Part shown: positions 1 through 11,352 of the stretch, piece by piece
Position numbering within the stretch: the stretch's first letter is position 1
Layout of the letters: each line of letters opens with the position of its first letter
Assembly (NCBI GenBank): GCA_043228905.1
Contig: JBHGNT010000021.1
Span: 3,782,001 to 3,846,000, forward strand
From: Azolla caroliniana
Taxonomy: Eukaryota; Plantae; Polypodiophyta
DNA length: 64,000 bases
Reading direction: 5' to 3'
Program-made: the position numbers and the translations under genes
The notes under the pieces: generated by a model
What the model was told of the DNA's origin: nothing
The model's database searches: none
What the model saw: the letters and a program-made list of their open reading frames with translations, nothing else

Positions 1-2945
1 TCGACCGTCGGCATATACCCTGTCACCGAGCTATGTGTCGTTCTATCGGCCCACAAGGCATATGCCCGTACGATGGCTTTAACGATAGGTCCATGCCCTC
101 GCTCGATCTTCCCATTTGCTTCCGGATTGTAGGCAGTCGTGAGGGAGAGTGTCACGCCTAGTCTTTCGAAGAGCTCCGTCGCTTCGTGCGCGTCCAACTC
201 CCCTCGGTCGGCCACTATCTTCCCTACACATCCATATCGGCAAACAACATCTTCAAGTAGAAATTTGCAAACGGCTGAAGTCGTCTTATTTGTCAAGGCT
301 CGTCCTTCCACTTGATTTGTCAAGTCTTCCCTTGCCAACGCTAAGTACTTCATTTGTCCCACTCCCATTGGCATCGAGACCAGATCCACCATCCATTTGA
401 AGTGTATGGTGAGTGGGTATGTCGGCTTTAACTCATCACGATGACGTATATTTGAATATATTTGGCAAGTTTCGCATGTGGACACGAAATGGAGTACATC
501 TTTGTACATGCTTGGCCACCAGTACTTCTCCTTCAATTTTTCGAACGTCGCCCATGTTCCTCTATGACCTGCCCAAGCACTCTCGTGGAATTCGGTCATC
601 AGCGTCTCTTGCTCTTCTTTCTTTACCACCACTCGACGTGGTATTCCTGTCCTTCTTTTTGGATGTCGCCAAAGGAATCCTCCCTTCAAGAAGTATCGAT
701 AAGCTTTCTTTCGGATTCGTAGGGCCTCCTCCTTTGTCAACGAAGCATCTGTCGTCAATGTTCTTAGGAATCTACCGATGAGTAGCCACTCTCCTTCGTA
801 CTCGTTCTCGTTGAAGGCGTGGAGGGTTTACGTGTCCTGGTCTTCCGCCGACAATCGAGCCATCTTGAAGAAGTCGAGGGCGACATCTTCATCTTCCGAA
901 ACCATGTTACTTCCATTTGAAAATCTTGCCCTCGAGAGAATGTCAGCCATGGCGTTCTTCTTCCCTGCGATGTGACGGATCTCTGGGTTTAAAGACTTGA
1001 TGTAGGCGATCCACCTTAGCATAGCAAGATCTGGGGTCGCACATCCCGAGACCATTCCAAGAATTGGGAGACAATCTGTCTCTATTATCACTTCTGACCC
1101 GATCAGGTAATCTTTGTCCGTCTTCACTGCCGACACAATACCCCAAAGTTCCCGCTTGACTTGGGCATATCTTTGTTGCCGTTCGCTGAGAACCTTTGCT
1201 CCGAACCAGACGGCATATCGCGCATTATCTTCACCTTCTTGATTGATGACCCACCCGATTCCGGTTGGGCTCGTATCTACGGTCACCTAAATTGGTTTCC
1301 CTTCAGCATAGTCGGCCTTCCTTAGTGCCGGAGCTTCAAGAAGCAGTTTCTTTAATCTTCGCATCGCCTCTGTGTGCTCGTCTCGCCATTCGAACTTTAT
1401 TCTTTTCTTTAGTAGTCCATATAACGGTTCGGCGACATGAGCGTAGTGAGGAATCCATATATGATAAAACGCGCACGCTCCAAGGAACCTTCGAACCTCC
1501 GTTTGGTTTTCGCATTCTTCTTTCATGTCTTGGATTGCGTTCACTTTGGATGGCGAGGGCTTTCGGCCGTATGCTCCACACAAGTGACCTACCACCAAGA
1601 TCTCCGGTTGCCCGAATGCGGATTTTTCTCCCGAAAATGTCAAATTCGCATCTTCTAGCCTTTGAAGCACCTTCTCGCAATCTTTCATATGATCCGCAAC
1701 GAACTTTCTACAACCTTCCTTATCTTTCGATTCATCTTTCTCCTCATCTGAACATCCTTTTATCGGAATATCATCCAAGAATGGCATCGTGATGTCCGGA
1801 ATGCAATCCTTCAAGACTTTATTCATGGCATTCACCATATGAGCCACCGAGTTTGTTGCGCCTTGGGGTAAGGTACACATCCGCACAAGCCCGATCGGAG
1901 TCCTCATGGTTGTAATGTCCCGACTGTCGATCGCCAATTGGAATTGGTCATATCCGGAGTAGAGATCGCCAATGGAGTAGATGGACCGGCCCGCAAACGC
2001 TTCGGCAAATTCGTCCACGCTCGGACCGATTCCGGCATTTCGAATTGTCACCTTGTTGACAGGTTGAAGATCTTGGATGAATCGCAATGATCCATTCTTC
2101 TTCGGCACCGTGAACCACCTATTGGAATAAGGAGCATTCGACGGTTCTAGAATTCCCATACTCACCTTCTCCTTTAAGAGCTCGATCAGCTTCGGAAGGT
2201 GTGCTCTCGGAACCGGTATCGGTTTCAAATTCCAAGGCACATGAGGCACCGTGAAGATCACCATTGGCTCTATAACCTTTGGGTCGGCGCATCCGATTTC
2301 TCGTGTGAAGAATGCGAAAGCCTTCCCATGTCTCTCAAGCATATCGCGAAACATTCGCTCCTCTTCAGGGAGAAGGAAATCCTCCTTCCCAACTCGTAGC
2401 TTCCCCTTCGTCTCTTTGGTGAAGTCATGACCTATCTTCTTCGGATCTCTTAAGCTTGGATCGTTAGCGACTTCCTTCATCTTTTGCCAGCTATCTTCCG
2501 GTAGCGGAACCGCAACTGGCTTGATCTTCTTATCCACCGTTTTATATTTCGTGTTGATGTCAGCTTCCTTCATCGAGATGCCACGACGGTATTCATCGAT
2601 GATAGCATACATGTTGACGGAGTTAACCGAAATCACGCATTGGTTGTGAAGATAGCTCAATTCCACGACGTCCTCGATTTCGCCGATGGTGTTGTTAAAT
2701 GAGGCTTCTTCCATAATATGAGTCACGAACCCTCCTTCTTCTATTATGTTCTCTTCTTTCAGCATCTTCTCGAATTCTTGTATCCGGCGCTTGTGCTTCT
2801 TGTCGGGTAGTACTAGTTTACATGCGCCACTAGGTGTGACACATGTTGCTTCTCCTTGCAATCCACGCATTCTTCTTTCTTGTGGGGTCTTGTGATTGCT
2901 CGGACTATTTGTGCCCCATGCTTCAATAGTCCACTCTAAAAATCC
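1..2945 (-). pseudogene. pol (RT-RNase H-integrase) of element 1, disrupted and truncated by the window edge
   Basis: ORF 1287-2870 (RT) and 828-1286 (RNase H) are separated by an in-frame TAG; integrase homologous to elements 2-4 lies in 1-780. Confidence 0.9.
2881..2945 (-). promoter_or_regulatory. Putative -1 ribosomal frameshift signal (G GAU UUU + H-type pseudoknot), element 1
   Basis: Heptamer 2945-2939 directly before the gag-PR stop; 6-nt spacer; stem 1 GGACTATT/AATAGTCC; loop TGGGG can pair with downstream CCCCA; the -1 frame is open into the RT ORF at 2870. Confidence 0.8.
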
Positions 2946-5100
2946 GAGGATTCGCCTCCGAGACTATCTCGATTCCTTTCATGATTGGCTCGCACCGTTA
3001 GGAATTGGACCGATCTTTGGTTGTCAAGACTCTTTATTCGTGCGAAGGCTGCTCCATTATCGAACACTTTGGTCTCCATCCGAGATGATGTGATATAAGG
3101 TTGCCCTAGGATGACAGGATGCGACGCCGATTCTTGTACGAAGAAGTGTTGATCCATCTCCACATCCCCAATCGTGACTTTGACATTGGGACAAGCTCCG
3201 TACAAGTCCTCCGTAGACTTTGTTGCCGCGCGAATCTTCCATCCGTGGTTTGTATTGATTGGCCATCTTCCCTTTTTGTAGAAGTCGGTTGACATGAGGT
3301 TGATCTCCGAGCCGTGGTCGATCAAGGCTATGACGGTCTCTTTCTTCTCCCCGATCTTCACCGGCGTCTCCGTTGTCGCTCGTGCCCAATGAGGTCGAGT
3401 GTAGTGGCTGTCCACCATATCTTCATCGATTTCATCTCTTGCCATCGTTATGGCATTCGTTTTTGCTTTTTGCGGCTTCTCTTTTTCCTCGTCCGATTGT
3501 TGTCTCTTTCTCTTTACAAGGTCCACGATCGTGTCATGGAACTCCTTCTTCGTAATGCCAAGCAATTCCCTCAAGGACAAAGTTACGTGGCTATCAAGAA
3601 CTCGTTCTTCGAGAATCTTCTTTAGATCCGTCGTCTGCTCTATGTCCGACCTTAGCTTATAGGTAGGTATGGTCCTTGTCCTCTGAGCGGGGTCTTCGAC
3701 ACCAACCTTCACGGGCCGAACCGTTTCTTCAACTCGTATGCTCGGCTCCCCTTTTCAGCTTGATTCTCGTTCCTCCGTTTGTAAAGGTCGACTCGTCTCT
3801 GCATCGTCCTTCTTTTTCGCGTTCCTTGTTTCATGTCTTTTTGATGGGCCTTGCTCTTCTATTCTCTTTCTCTTTTCTTCGACGAACACCTCGTGGTTGT
3901 CGCACATCACCTCTACGAGTATGGTGTTGTCGTCCACCGGATCCGACCACCCGGTTATGCTTTGCACGTTTTGGTCCGCAAGCTCTACCTCGTTCGATGT
4001 GACTTTTCCCTTCTTCTCATATTCGAGAACGGAAGTCCAAAACTTTGCTCCCGCTCTAGCAGCTTCAGTCTTGTCTTTCCCGACTCTTATTCCGGCCGAC
4101 GCAGCATAGTGCATCGCATCCACATGAGTCGCATCGGCATCCTCCATAGATTTCTTCATTCCTCCTCTTCCGAAATTCACCCGTAGGGGTCTTCTAGTCT
4201 CGCTTGAGCAGATCATATTGTCCTCTATGTATACGATATTTTGTCGAATCGCCTCTCGAAGGCTCGCACAATCCCTTCTCATGTGGTCCATGCTATCGCA
4301 CCACACGCATCTAAAGGGTTCTTTTCCTTTAGGGCCCCGACGATTCATGTTGGCTAGAGTGACCTTCTCGAACTTCTTCGCTAGCTCTTCAATGATGTCG
4401 TCATCAATCTTCTTTTCTTCCACGTTACTTTGTCTCAGCGGCTCAGCTACTTTCGGCGGTCTTGCTTTCTCCGTGGTAGTCGGTCCCGTCAAGTCGGTGT
4501 CATCAACCCATTGGCGACGCTTGTCGAGCCTATTGCATGCCCGCTTCACCGCGATCCAGTCCGCTACGAGCCCATTTGCTTGGGTATCATCTTCGAGAAG
4601 AGTCCCCAACTCCCGTCTATCCTTTATGTCCACGGCCTTCAAGAAGTACAAAGTCTTGTCCTCTTCAAGCAACACTTGGTCCGTATTGGGGAGACGACTA
4701 AACACCCTCGAATTCGTCGTACACCCTCGAGACACTCATCTTCTTATTCTTCTTCTCTATCCACTTCATCAGGGCATGTCGAGTCATCCTCGTTGAGTCT
4801 TCAGTCACGAACTCCGCTAGTATCGTTTTCTCGAACTCGAACCATGTTGTCTTTCCTTCTTGAAGCTCGATGACGCGTCTTTGGATGTTGTTGGCGACAA
4901 CTCTCTTGAAGCTTGCGATTTGACGTGCCTCGGACACGTCCCTTTGATTCATCTCCCTCTTATATGCATCAAGGAACTTCGTAACGTTCCTTCCATCGAA
5001 TTGGCCCTCGAGCTCTACGACACGATCGAGTTGTCTCGAGATCTCATCATTTGCTCGACGATTAGCATCATCCTTTCGAGCTCTCCTGCTTGGTTGCTGA
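2936..5100 (-). pseudogene. gag-protease of element 1, disrupted
   Basis: ORFs 4698-4952, 3755-4735 and 2936-3712 join via one frameshift (~4700) and one in-frame TGA (3755-3757). CX2CX4HX4C knuckle and DHG aspartic protease motif present; 5' limit approximate. Confidence 0.85.
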
Positions 5101-5150
5101 GGACGCCATCTCCAAGTATTAATCTCGACTTGATCCTTCCTACCGCCTCG

Positions 5151-5168
5151 TTCACGTCGGGTTCACCA
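5151..5168 (-). promoter_or_regulatory. Primer-binding site complementary to tRNA-Trp
   Basis: Plus strand reads TTCACGTCGGGTTCACCA, matching the 3' end of plant cytosolic tRNA-Trp(CCA) including CCA (sequence recalled); adjacent to the LTR end. Confidence 0.85.
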
Positions 5169-5569
5169 CTTTATTATGTCGTGAAGATCCGTCACTACGC
5201 GCGGATCGTGAGGCGGAACCGTCGGGGTTCTGGACCAGAAGGATTTAGAGTGGATACAAGCTTTGGCGAGAAAGTACTTAAGATAGATTGGGAAAGAGAG
5301 AAGATGAGATTACACGATTGATTTCAAAACGAATTTCTTCCTCTTAATTTTCATAAAAAAAACCGTGTTTTTCTCCTCCCCCTTCCCTCTTTTATAGATG
5401 CTCTCATGCATATGATGCATGTGAGGGTACAAGACATGCATAAATTGCATGTTTGCCATTTGGCGCTTAAGTATTACATGTGGTGCATGCTAACCATGTC
5501 ACTCATTTTAGCACTCATGGATGAGAATTTACATGTAAAAGTACAATGATAGAAATATAATTTCAACTA

Positions 5570-5642
5570 AATACCATGGCTTGATGGTAAGCCATTTGAC
5601 TCCTAACTTGGAGGTGCAAGGTTCGAATCCATACTTGTCCTC
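5570..5642 (+). other. Degenerate tRNA-like (Pol III A/B box) sequence inside LTR1
   Basis: A-box-like TGGCTTGATGG (5577-5587), D-stem GGCTT/AAGCC, B-box GGTTCGAATCC (5620-5630); acceptor and anticodon stems do not pair well. Confidence 0.6.
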
Positions 5643-5692
5643 CTTCTTGTATATGTAAATATGAATATATTTTTATATTTTTATTTTATCTA

Positions 5693-5845
5693 GTCGCCGG
5701 TTCGCCGGATACCGGTGCCGTCGCCGGATACCAACGCCGGATACCGGTGCCGACGCTGGATGCCGACGCCGGATACCGGTGCCGCATGCCGCCGCCGGAT
5801 TGTGGTCGGATGTCGTCGGATCACCGGCTCCATCGCCGGTCCGGT
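5693..5845. repeat. GC-rich short tandem repeats (GCCGGATACCGGTGCCG-type) in LTR1
   Basis: Several imperfect copies of gccggatacc(ggtgccg) visible directly. Confidence 0.8.
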
Positions 5846-7145
5846 TTTGGTTGGCCAAAACCCTTTTCGAGTAGCTAGCCACCTCCACTCTAAGTTCAAG
5901 TTACCTTGAACTCTCTATGCTCCACACATAGAGTGCATTCGAAACCTCCATCATTTTGTACTTAGATATTAAAAATGTTATCTTCACAATTATTGTATTA
6001 CGTGATTCATACTCGATTTTGTACGTTTTATGGGATTTTCACACTATTGCCGAAAATCTTCACGACAACGTGGAGGCCATCCACTACTCGGCGTCAGCCG
6101 GCATTCGGGTCGGGGGCAGCGAGGCCCGGAAGGAGGGCAAAGACGGATTCTGGTCGGCAATGCTGGAAGGTCTTGCCGGCGCACGACTAAGGAAAGATGA
6201 AACGGACCGCGCTGAGAGACGGGTCCGGGAAATAACCGGGTGGAGCGATCCGGTCGAGGAGAAGACGGGCTTCGTAGAAGCCGCCTGCCGGAACTACGAG
6301 GCTCTGGTAGAAGACAAACGAGTGGGAAAATCCGGAGCGGCCGGGCCCTCACAACGGTACGAGACCCGATTCGGGCAACGACGGAACGATGCCGGTGGGT
6401 CCAGCTCGCAAGATAACCCCATGAAGGGCGGATACTGACTGGGGACGGAAATAGAAAGGACTACGGACCTACGAAAATTCCTAGAAGAACGGATCCTCGA
6501 CAGCAAAGTGGAGTTGTCATTGCGGGAGGTGCTAGGAATCGCCAAGAAGGAGTTCCACGACTCCATTGTGGATCTGGTGAAACAGAAGAGGCTGTCGATG
6601 GAGACGGAACCGGAAAGACCGGTGGAAGTGCGGACGACGCACATCCACGACATGGCGCTGGAAGATGAGTGGGCGGAGAGCCACTATTCAAGGCCGCACT
6701 GGGCCCGAGCGACCACGGAGACCCCGGTAAAGATCGGAGATGTTCAGGAACCGGTTGTGGAATTGGTGGACCACGGTTCAGAAATAAACCTGATGTCCAT
6801 GGACTTCTATAAAAAGGGAAAGTGGCCGATCAACACCAAGCACGGGTGGAAGATACGGGCGGTGACGCGCGCCACCGAGGAACTGCACGGGGCCTGCCCA
6901 AACGTGCGAGTCAAGATTGGCGACGTCGAGATTGACCAGCACTTCTTCGTACAGGAGACGTCCTCGCACCCGGTCATATTAGGGGAACCATACATCACGG
7001 CGGCGCGGATGGAGACCAAGGTGCTAGACAACGGTTCGGCCTATGCGAGGGTCAAAAGCCAGGACGGGCGCCATTCGGTCCAATTTCTGACGGTGCGACC
7101 GAACCACGAGCGAAACCGCGAATCCCTCGGTGGCGAGAACCGGGA

Positions 7146-7211
7146 GGATTTTTAGAGAGGGCTGCCAAGGCGTGGGGCTGAGACAGTCCGGACACTCGGG
7201 AAAGACCCCAC
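7146..7211 (+). promoter_or_regulatory. Putative -1 frameshift signal, element 2
   Basis: GGATTTT 7146-7152, TAG 7153-7155, stem GGGCTG (7159)/CAGTCC (7184), loop GTGGGG (7172) pairing with CCCCAC (7206); the -1 frame is that of ORFs starting 7290 and 7563. Confidence 0.75.
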
Positions 7212-10200
7212 AGCTGTACGATAGAACCGAAACCGAAGAAACCTTGTAAGATAGGTAGAAAATTCTGCTTCTCCAACAACGGAGGGTGTATGATAGTCGG
7301 CATCGTTGGCCGAGAAAGGGCAAGGGCGGAGGAGCGACTTCGAGCGTGCGGAGTTCTCGGCCCGGACGAGGAAATTAGCGGGGCCGTGGAGGCGGTCTCC
7401 TTCGACGACACCTTGGGGATGCTGAGGAAGGTAGCCGGAGAAGACCTTAACGAAGACCGGACGATACCGGTATGGTCCAAAGAGATGTACGAAGTCATCG
7501 CGAACTTCAGCCAGGGGCTCCGGTCGGATCGGACGGCCTGAGTTAGCACGAAGTACAAGACTGTGGACCGGAAGGTAAGGCCAGTCGCGGCACCCTTACC
7601 GGAGGGCAGCGAGTCCCGAATCAGAGGGGTTGCGTCGGACCCCAGTTTACGAGATCCGGCCTGCATAGGACACACCTTCACCGAGGGGACGCTCCGGGAG
7701 CTCAAGATCGGTGGGGGCGGGTTCCTACTGCCGGCGGAGGAAGACCGGTTTCGGAGAATGCTCGGAAGGCACGGAAAGGCCTTCGCATTCTCACCGGAAG
7801 AGATCGGGTGCGTAGACCCGACGATCGTGGAGCCGATGGTGATATTCACGGTACCGCATGTGCCGTGGAATCTCAAGCCGATTCCAGTACCGACAGCTCA
7901 CATCCCGGAGTTGATGGAGCTACTGAGGCAGAAAGTCGATATGGGTATTCTCGAACCGTTGAGCGCGCCATACTCGAACCGATGGTTTACCATACCAAAG
8001 AAAAATGGAACATTGCGCTTCATTCAGGACCTGCAGCCGGTCAACAGAGTGACCATTCGGAACGCAGGAATCGGACCGACCATAGACGAGTTCGCGGAGG
8101 CCTTCGCCGGAAGGTTGATTTACTCGGTCGGTGATCTGTACTCGGGGTACGACCAGTTCTAGCTAGCCGTGGAGAGCAGAGACATTACGACGATGCGAAC
8201 CCCCCTCGGCCTAGTGCGAATGTGTACCCTGCCGCAAGGAGGGACCAACTCAGTGGCCCACATGGTGAATGCAATGAACAAGGTACTGAGGGATTGCATC
8301 CCAGACATCACCATGCCATTTCTAGACGACATCCCTATCAAAGGGTGCCCGGTGGAAGAGAAGGACGAGACACTCGGGCCGGACGGATGCCGGCGATTCG
8401 TGGCAACACACATAGACGACTGCGAGAAGGTGCTACAAAGGCTAGAGGATGCAAGGCTCACCTTCTCCGGGGAGAAATCGGCCTTTGGGCAATCAGAAAT
8501 CCTGGTGGTCGGACACCTATGTGGACCATATGGCCGGAAGCCGTCTCCGGCAAAGGTAGAAGCCATCTCCGCGATGAAGACCGACTGTAGCTCGGTTACG
8601 GAAGTTCGGAGGTTCCTGGGGGCATGCACGTTCTACCACATATGGATCCCGCATTACGCCCACGTTGCGGAGCCACTATACGGGTTGCTGAAGAAGGGGC
8701 GAAAATTCGAGTGGCGAGACGAGCACACGGAGTCGGTCCGGAAGTTGAAGGAAGCTCTTGCGACAGCACCGGCGCTCCGGAAGGCTGTCTACGAGAAGGG
8801 TACCCCGGTATACATAACGGTGGATACGAGCCCGACCGGGATAGGATGGGTCGTCAACCAAGAAGACGAGGATGGCATTCGGTTCCCGATCCGATTCGGC
8901 GCGAAGGTCCTCAGTGAGCGACAACGAGGGTACGCCCAGGTTAAACGCGAACTCTGGGGTATCGTTTCGGCAGTAAAGGCCGACAAAGACTACCTGATCG
9001 GGACAGAAGTGATTATCGAGACGGATTGCCTCCCAATTCTCGGCATGGTTTCCGGATGCGCGACACTGGACCTCGCGATGCTCAGGTGGATAGCATACAT
9101 CAAGTCCCTGGACCCGGAAATACGACACATTTCCGGAAAGGACAATGCCATGGTGATGAGGGCGGCATGGTGATGAGGTTTGATGATGAGGGCGGCATGG
9201 TTTCGGAGGACGAAGAAGTCGGCGTGGACTTCTTCGAGGCAGCATACGTGACGACCGATGGGACGAGCACTCTGGCGCTTAACGGCTTCGACGAGAGCAA
9301 GTACGACGGCGAGTGGCTCCAGATCGGTGGTTTCTTGAGGACAATGACGTCGGATGCGTCGTGGACGAGGGACGAGGCCAACCGGATCCGGAAGAAAGCA
9401 TACTGATTCTTTCTCCGGGACGGATACTTATGGAAGCACCCGAAGAAGAGGAACGGCGTCCCGCTCCGGGTGGTGACGATGAAGGAACAACAGGAGGAGC
9501 TGCTGACGGCCTACCACGACAGCCCTTGGGCTGGACACCGTGGAACGTGGGCCACGTTCGAGAAGATAAAGGGGAAGTACTGGTGGCCGGGACTGTACCG
9601 GGACGTGCATCGGTTCGTGACAACTTGCGAGAGCTGTCAGATGCACTCTGTAGTCCGACATCGGGACGAGCTTCACCCTACATACCCTCCGACCATCCAC
9701 TTCAAATGCATGGTAGATCTGGTGACGATGCCGATGGGAGTAGGACAGATGCAGTATCTGGTCCTGGCTCGGGAAGATCTGACGAACCAGGTAGAAGGCC
9801 GAGCCCTTCAGAACAAAACGACCACGGTCGTATGTCGGTTCCTGATTGAGGACGTGATATGCCGGTACGGGTGCGTCGGGAAGATCGTGGCTGATCGTGG
9901 GGAGTTGGACGCCGAAGAGGCCGAAGAGTTGTTCGACCGGCTAGGAGTCAAGCTCTCGCTTACCACTGCGTACAATCCGGAGGCGAATGGGAAGGTGGAG
10001 CGCGGACACGGACCGATCGTCAAGGCGTTAGTTCGGGCATGCGGAGGTCAAGTCGGGAACTGGCCGCGGCTGCTGCCTTACGCGTTGTGCGCAGACCGAA
10101 CTACGCACAGTTCGGTAACCGGATTCATGCCGGCAGAGCTCAAGTTTGGGCAGAAGCCGATCATGCCGATGGAACGTACGATCTCCTCATGGGCAACCGT

Positions 10201-10651
10201 GGACTGGAGAGACGAGATGAGCCGGGAGGAAATGTTGGCGGCGCGCATATGACAGCTCGAGCGAAGACCGGAGGACGTGGAGCAGGCTGCGGGAAAGCTT
10301 CAGGTGGCAAGGACGAGGAACAAAGCCCGGTTCGACCGGACGGACCGGCTCCGACCAAAGAAGATCGAGGAAGGCGATTGGGTGCTAGTCTACGACAGCA
10401 GCCTCGACAACCAGCACCGAACGACACGGAAGTTCGCAAGAAGGTGGTTCGGGCCTTACGTGGTACGAAGCGCCAACGACAACAGGACGTACCATCTGGC
10501 GGAACTCGACGGCACGAGAATGGCGATACCGGTAGCTGGGAAGCGGATCAAAGCGTTCAAGAAGCGTCACGACGACGAGTCGGATCCGGTTAACCTGGAC
10601 CGGAACGACGAACGATTCGAAACCGAGGAAGAACCGACGGGAGGGGAATGA
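7146..10651 (+). pseudogene. pol of element 2, disrupted
   Basis: RT (PFLDDIPIKG), RNase H and integrase (HHCC zinc finger, core ADRGE...GKVER, C-terminal GPY) broken by stops and a short internal duplication at ~9152-9200. Confidence 0.9.
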
Positions 10652-10724
10652 AGGCTGGACCGGTTTTCTCCGTCCCAACTCAATTTGGCGCATGCCGATG
10701 GATGCGCGGTTAGGTGGGGGCGGA

Positions 10725-11352
10725 TGTCGTGAAGAAAACCGTCCACGAGCGGAATCGGTGCGCCGGAGCATAGGAACCGGCTCTTCATGCACGTACGCCT
10801 TGTGTTGTACATAAGAGAGAATTAGGGACATGGAAGATCCTAGGTAGGTAGATTCGGTAGGTAGGAAGTTAATAGATTCGGTAGGTAGGGAGACGAGGAG
10901 GAGGAAGGGGATCGCGAATCAGAGAGGACGAAGTGTTGTCGGGTTGTCGGCCAAAGGCGTCTCTCTCTTCCAAACTCCATAGCTTCTTTCTGTGCAGGTT
11001 TCGGGAGGCTCGCGCTGCTCTGAGGAATGCCCGAGTGCTTCCGACAGCACCTCCAACCTACTCCTTTCTTTCTGTGCGTTTACGAACAGGCATCGGCATC
11101 TGTTCGCCGGCCTGTTCGGTTGTAACCGACTTCGTGTTTTTGTTGTTTGTCTCTGTTGATATATACTTACATACCGTTGTGCCTCTCTGTGTTGTTTTCC
11201 ACGCTCGCGTCTTCGTGTCGAAGGGCCGTGTCCCTGTGGATCTACGCCCGCACGTAGTGGGTTCCTTCCCTTCTCCTTTCCCTATTTGCTCTTCGGTACA
11301 AGACCCCCGAGGTCCCGCCTCATTCCACGCATCCGCGAGGAGTACCTCGACA
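10725..11352 (+). repeat. 3' LTR of element 2 (preceded by PPT TAGGTGGGGGCGGA)
   Basis: Starts TGTCGTGAAG after a purine-rich tract, ends TCGACA; RT coding of element 3 resumes at 11353. Confidence 0.85.

Larger units (their letters stand above)
1..6067 (-). mobile_element. Ty3/Gypsy LTR retrotransposon, element 1 (5' LTR, PBS, gag-PR, RT-RH-INT; 3' end lies outside the window)
   Basis: Minus-strand domain order: gag (CVWCDSMDHMRRDC knuckle), protease (LIDHGSEINLM), RT (PFLDD), RNase H (VDTSPTGIG...ETDC), integrase. Bounded by an LTR at 5177-6067. Confidence 0.95.
5177..6067 (-). repeat. 5' LTR of element 1 (891 bp)
   Basis: 12-bp terminal inverted repeats TGTCGTGAAGAT (5177) and ATCTTCACGACA (ends 6067); PBS 8 nt inside; gag of another element resumes at 6068. 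Confidence 0.9.
6068..11352 (+). mobile_element. Ty3/Gypsy element 2 (from mid-gag to 3' LTR), interrupted by element 1
   Basis: gag C-terminus, PR 6508-7155, RT 7563-9173, INT 9470-10651, PPT, LTR 10725-11352; multiple premature stops. Confidence 0.95.

Noticed and set aside
3755-3757. Programmed stop-codon readthrough in gag of element 1
   Set aside because: The TGA is explained by CGA-to-TGA decay, and similar stops are scattered at non-matching positions in the other copies.
5570-5642. Functional tRNA-Arg(CCT) gene
   Set aside because: Acceptor, anticodon and T stems do not pair properly; kept only as a tRNA-like remnant.
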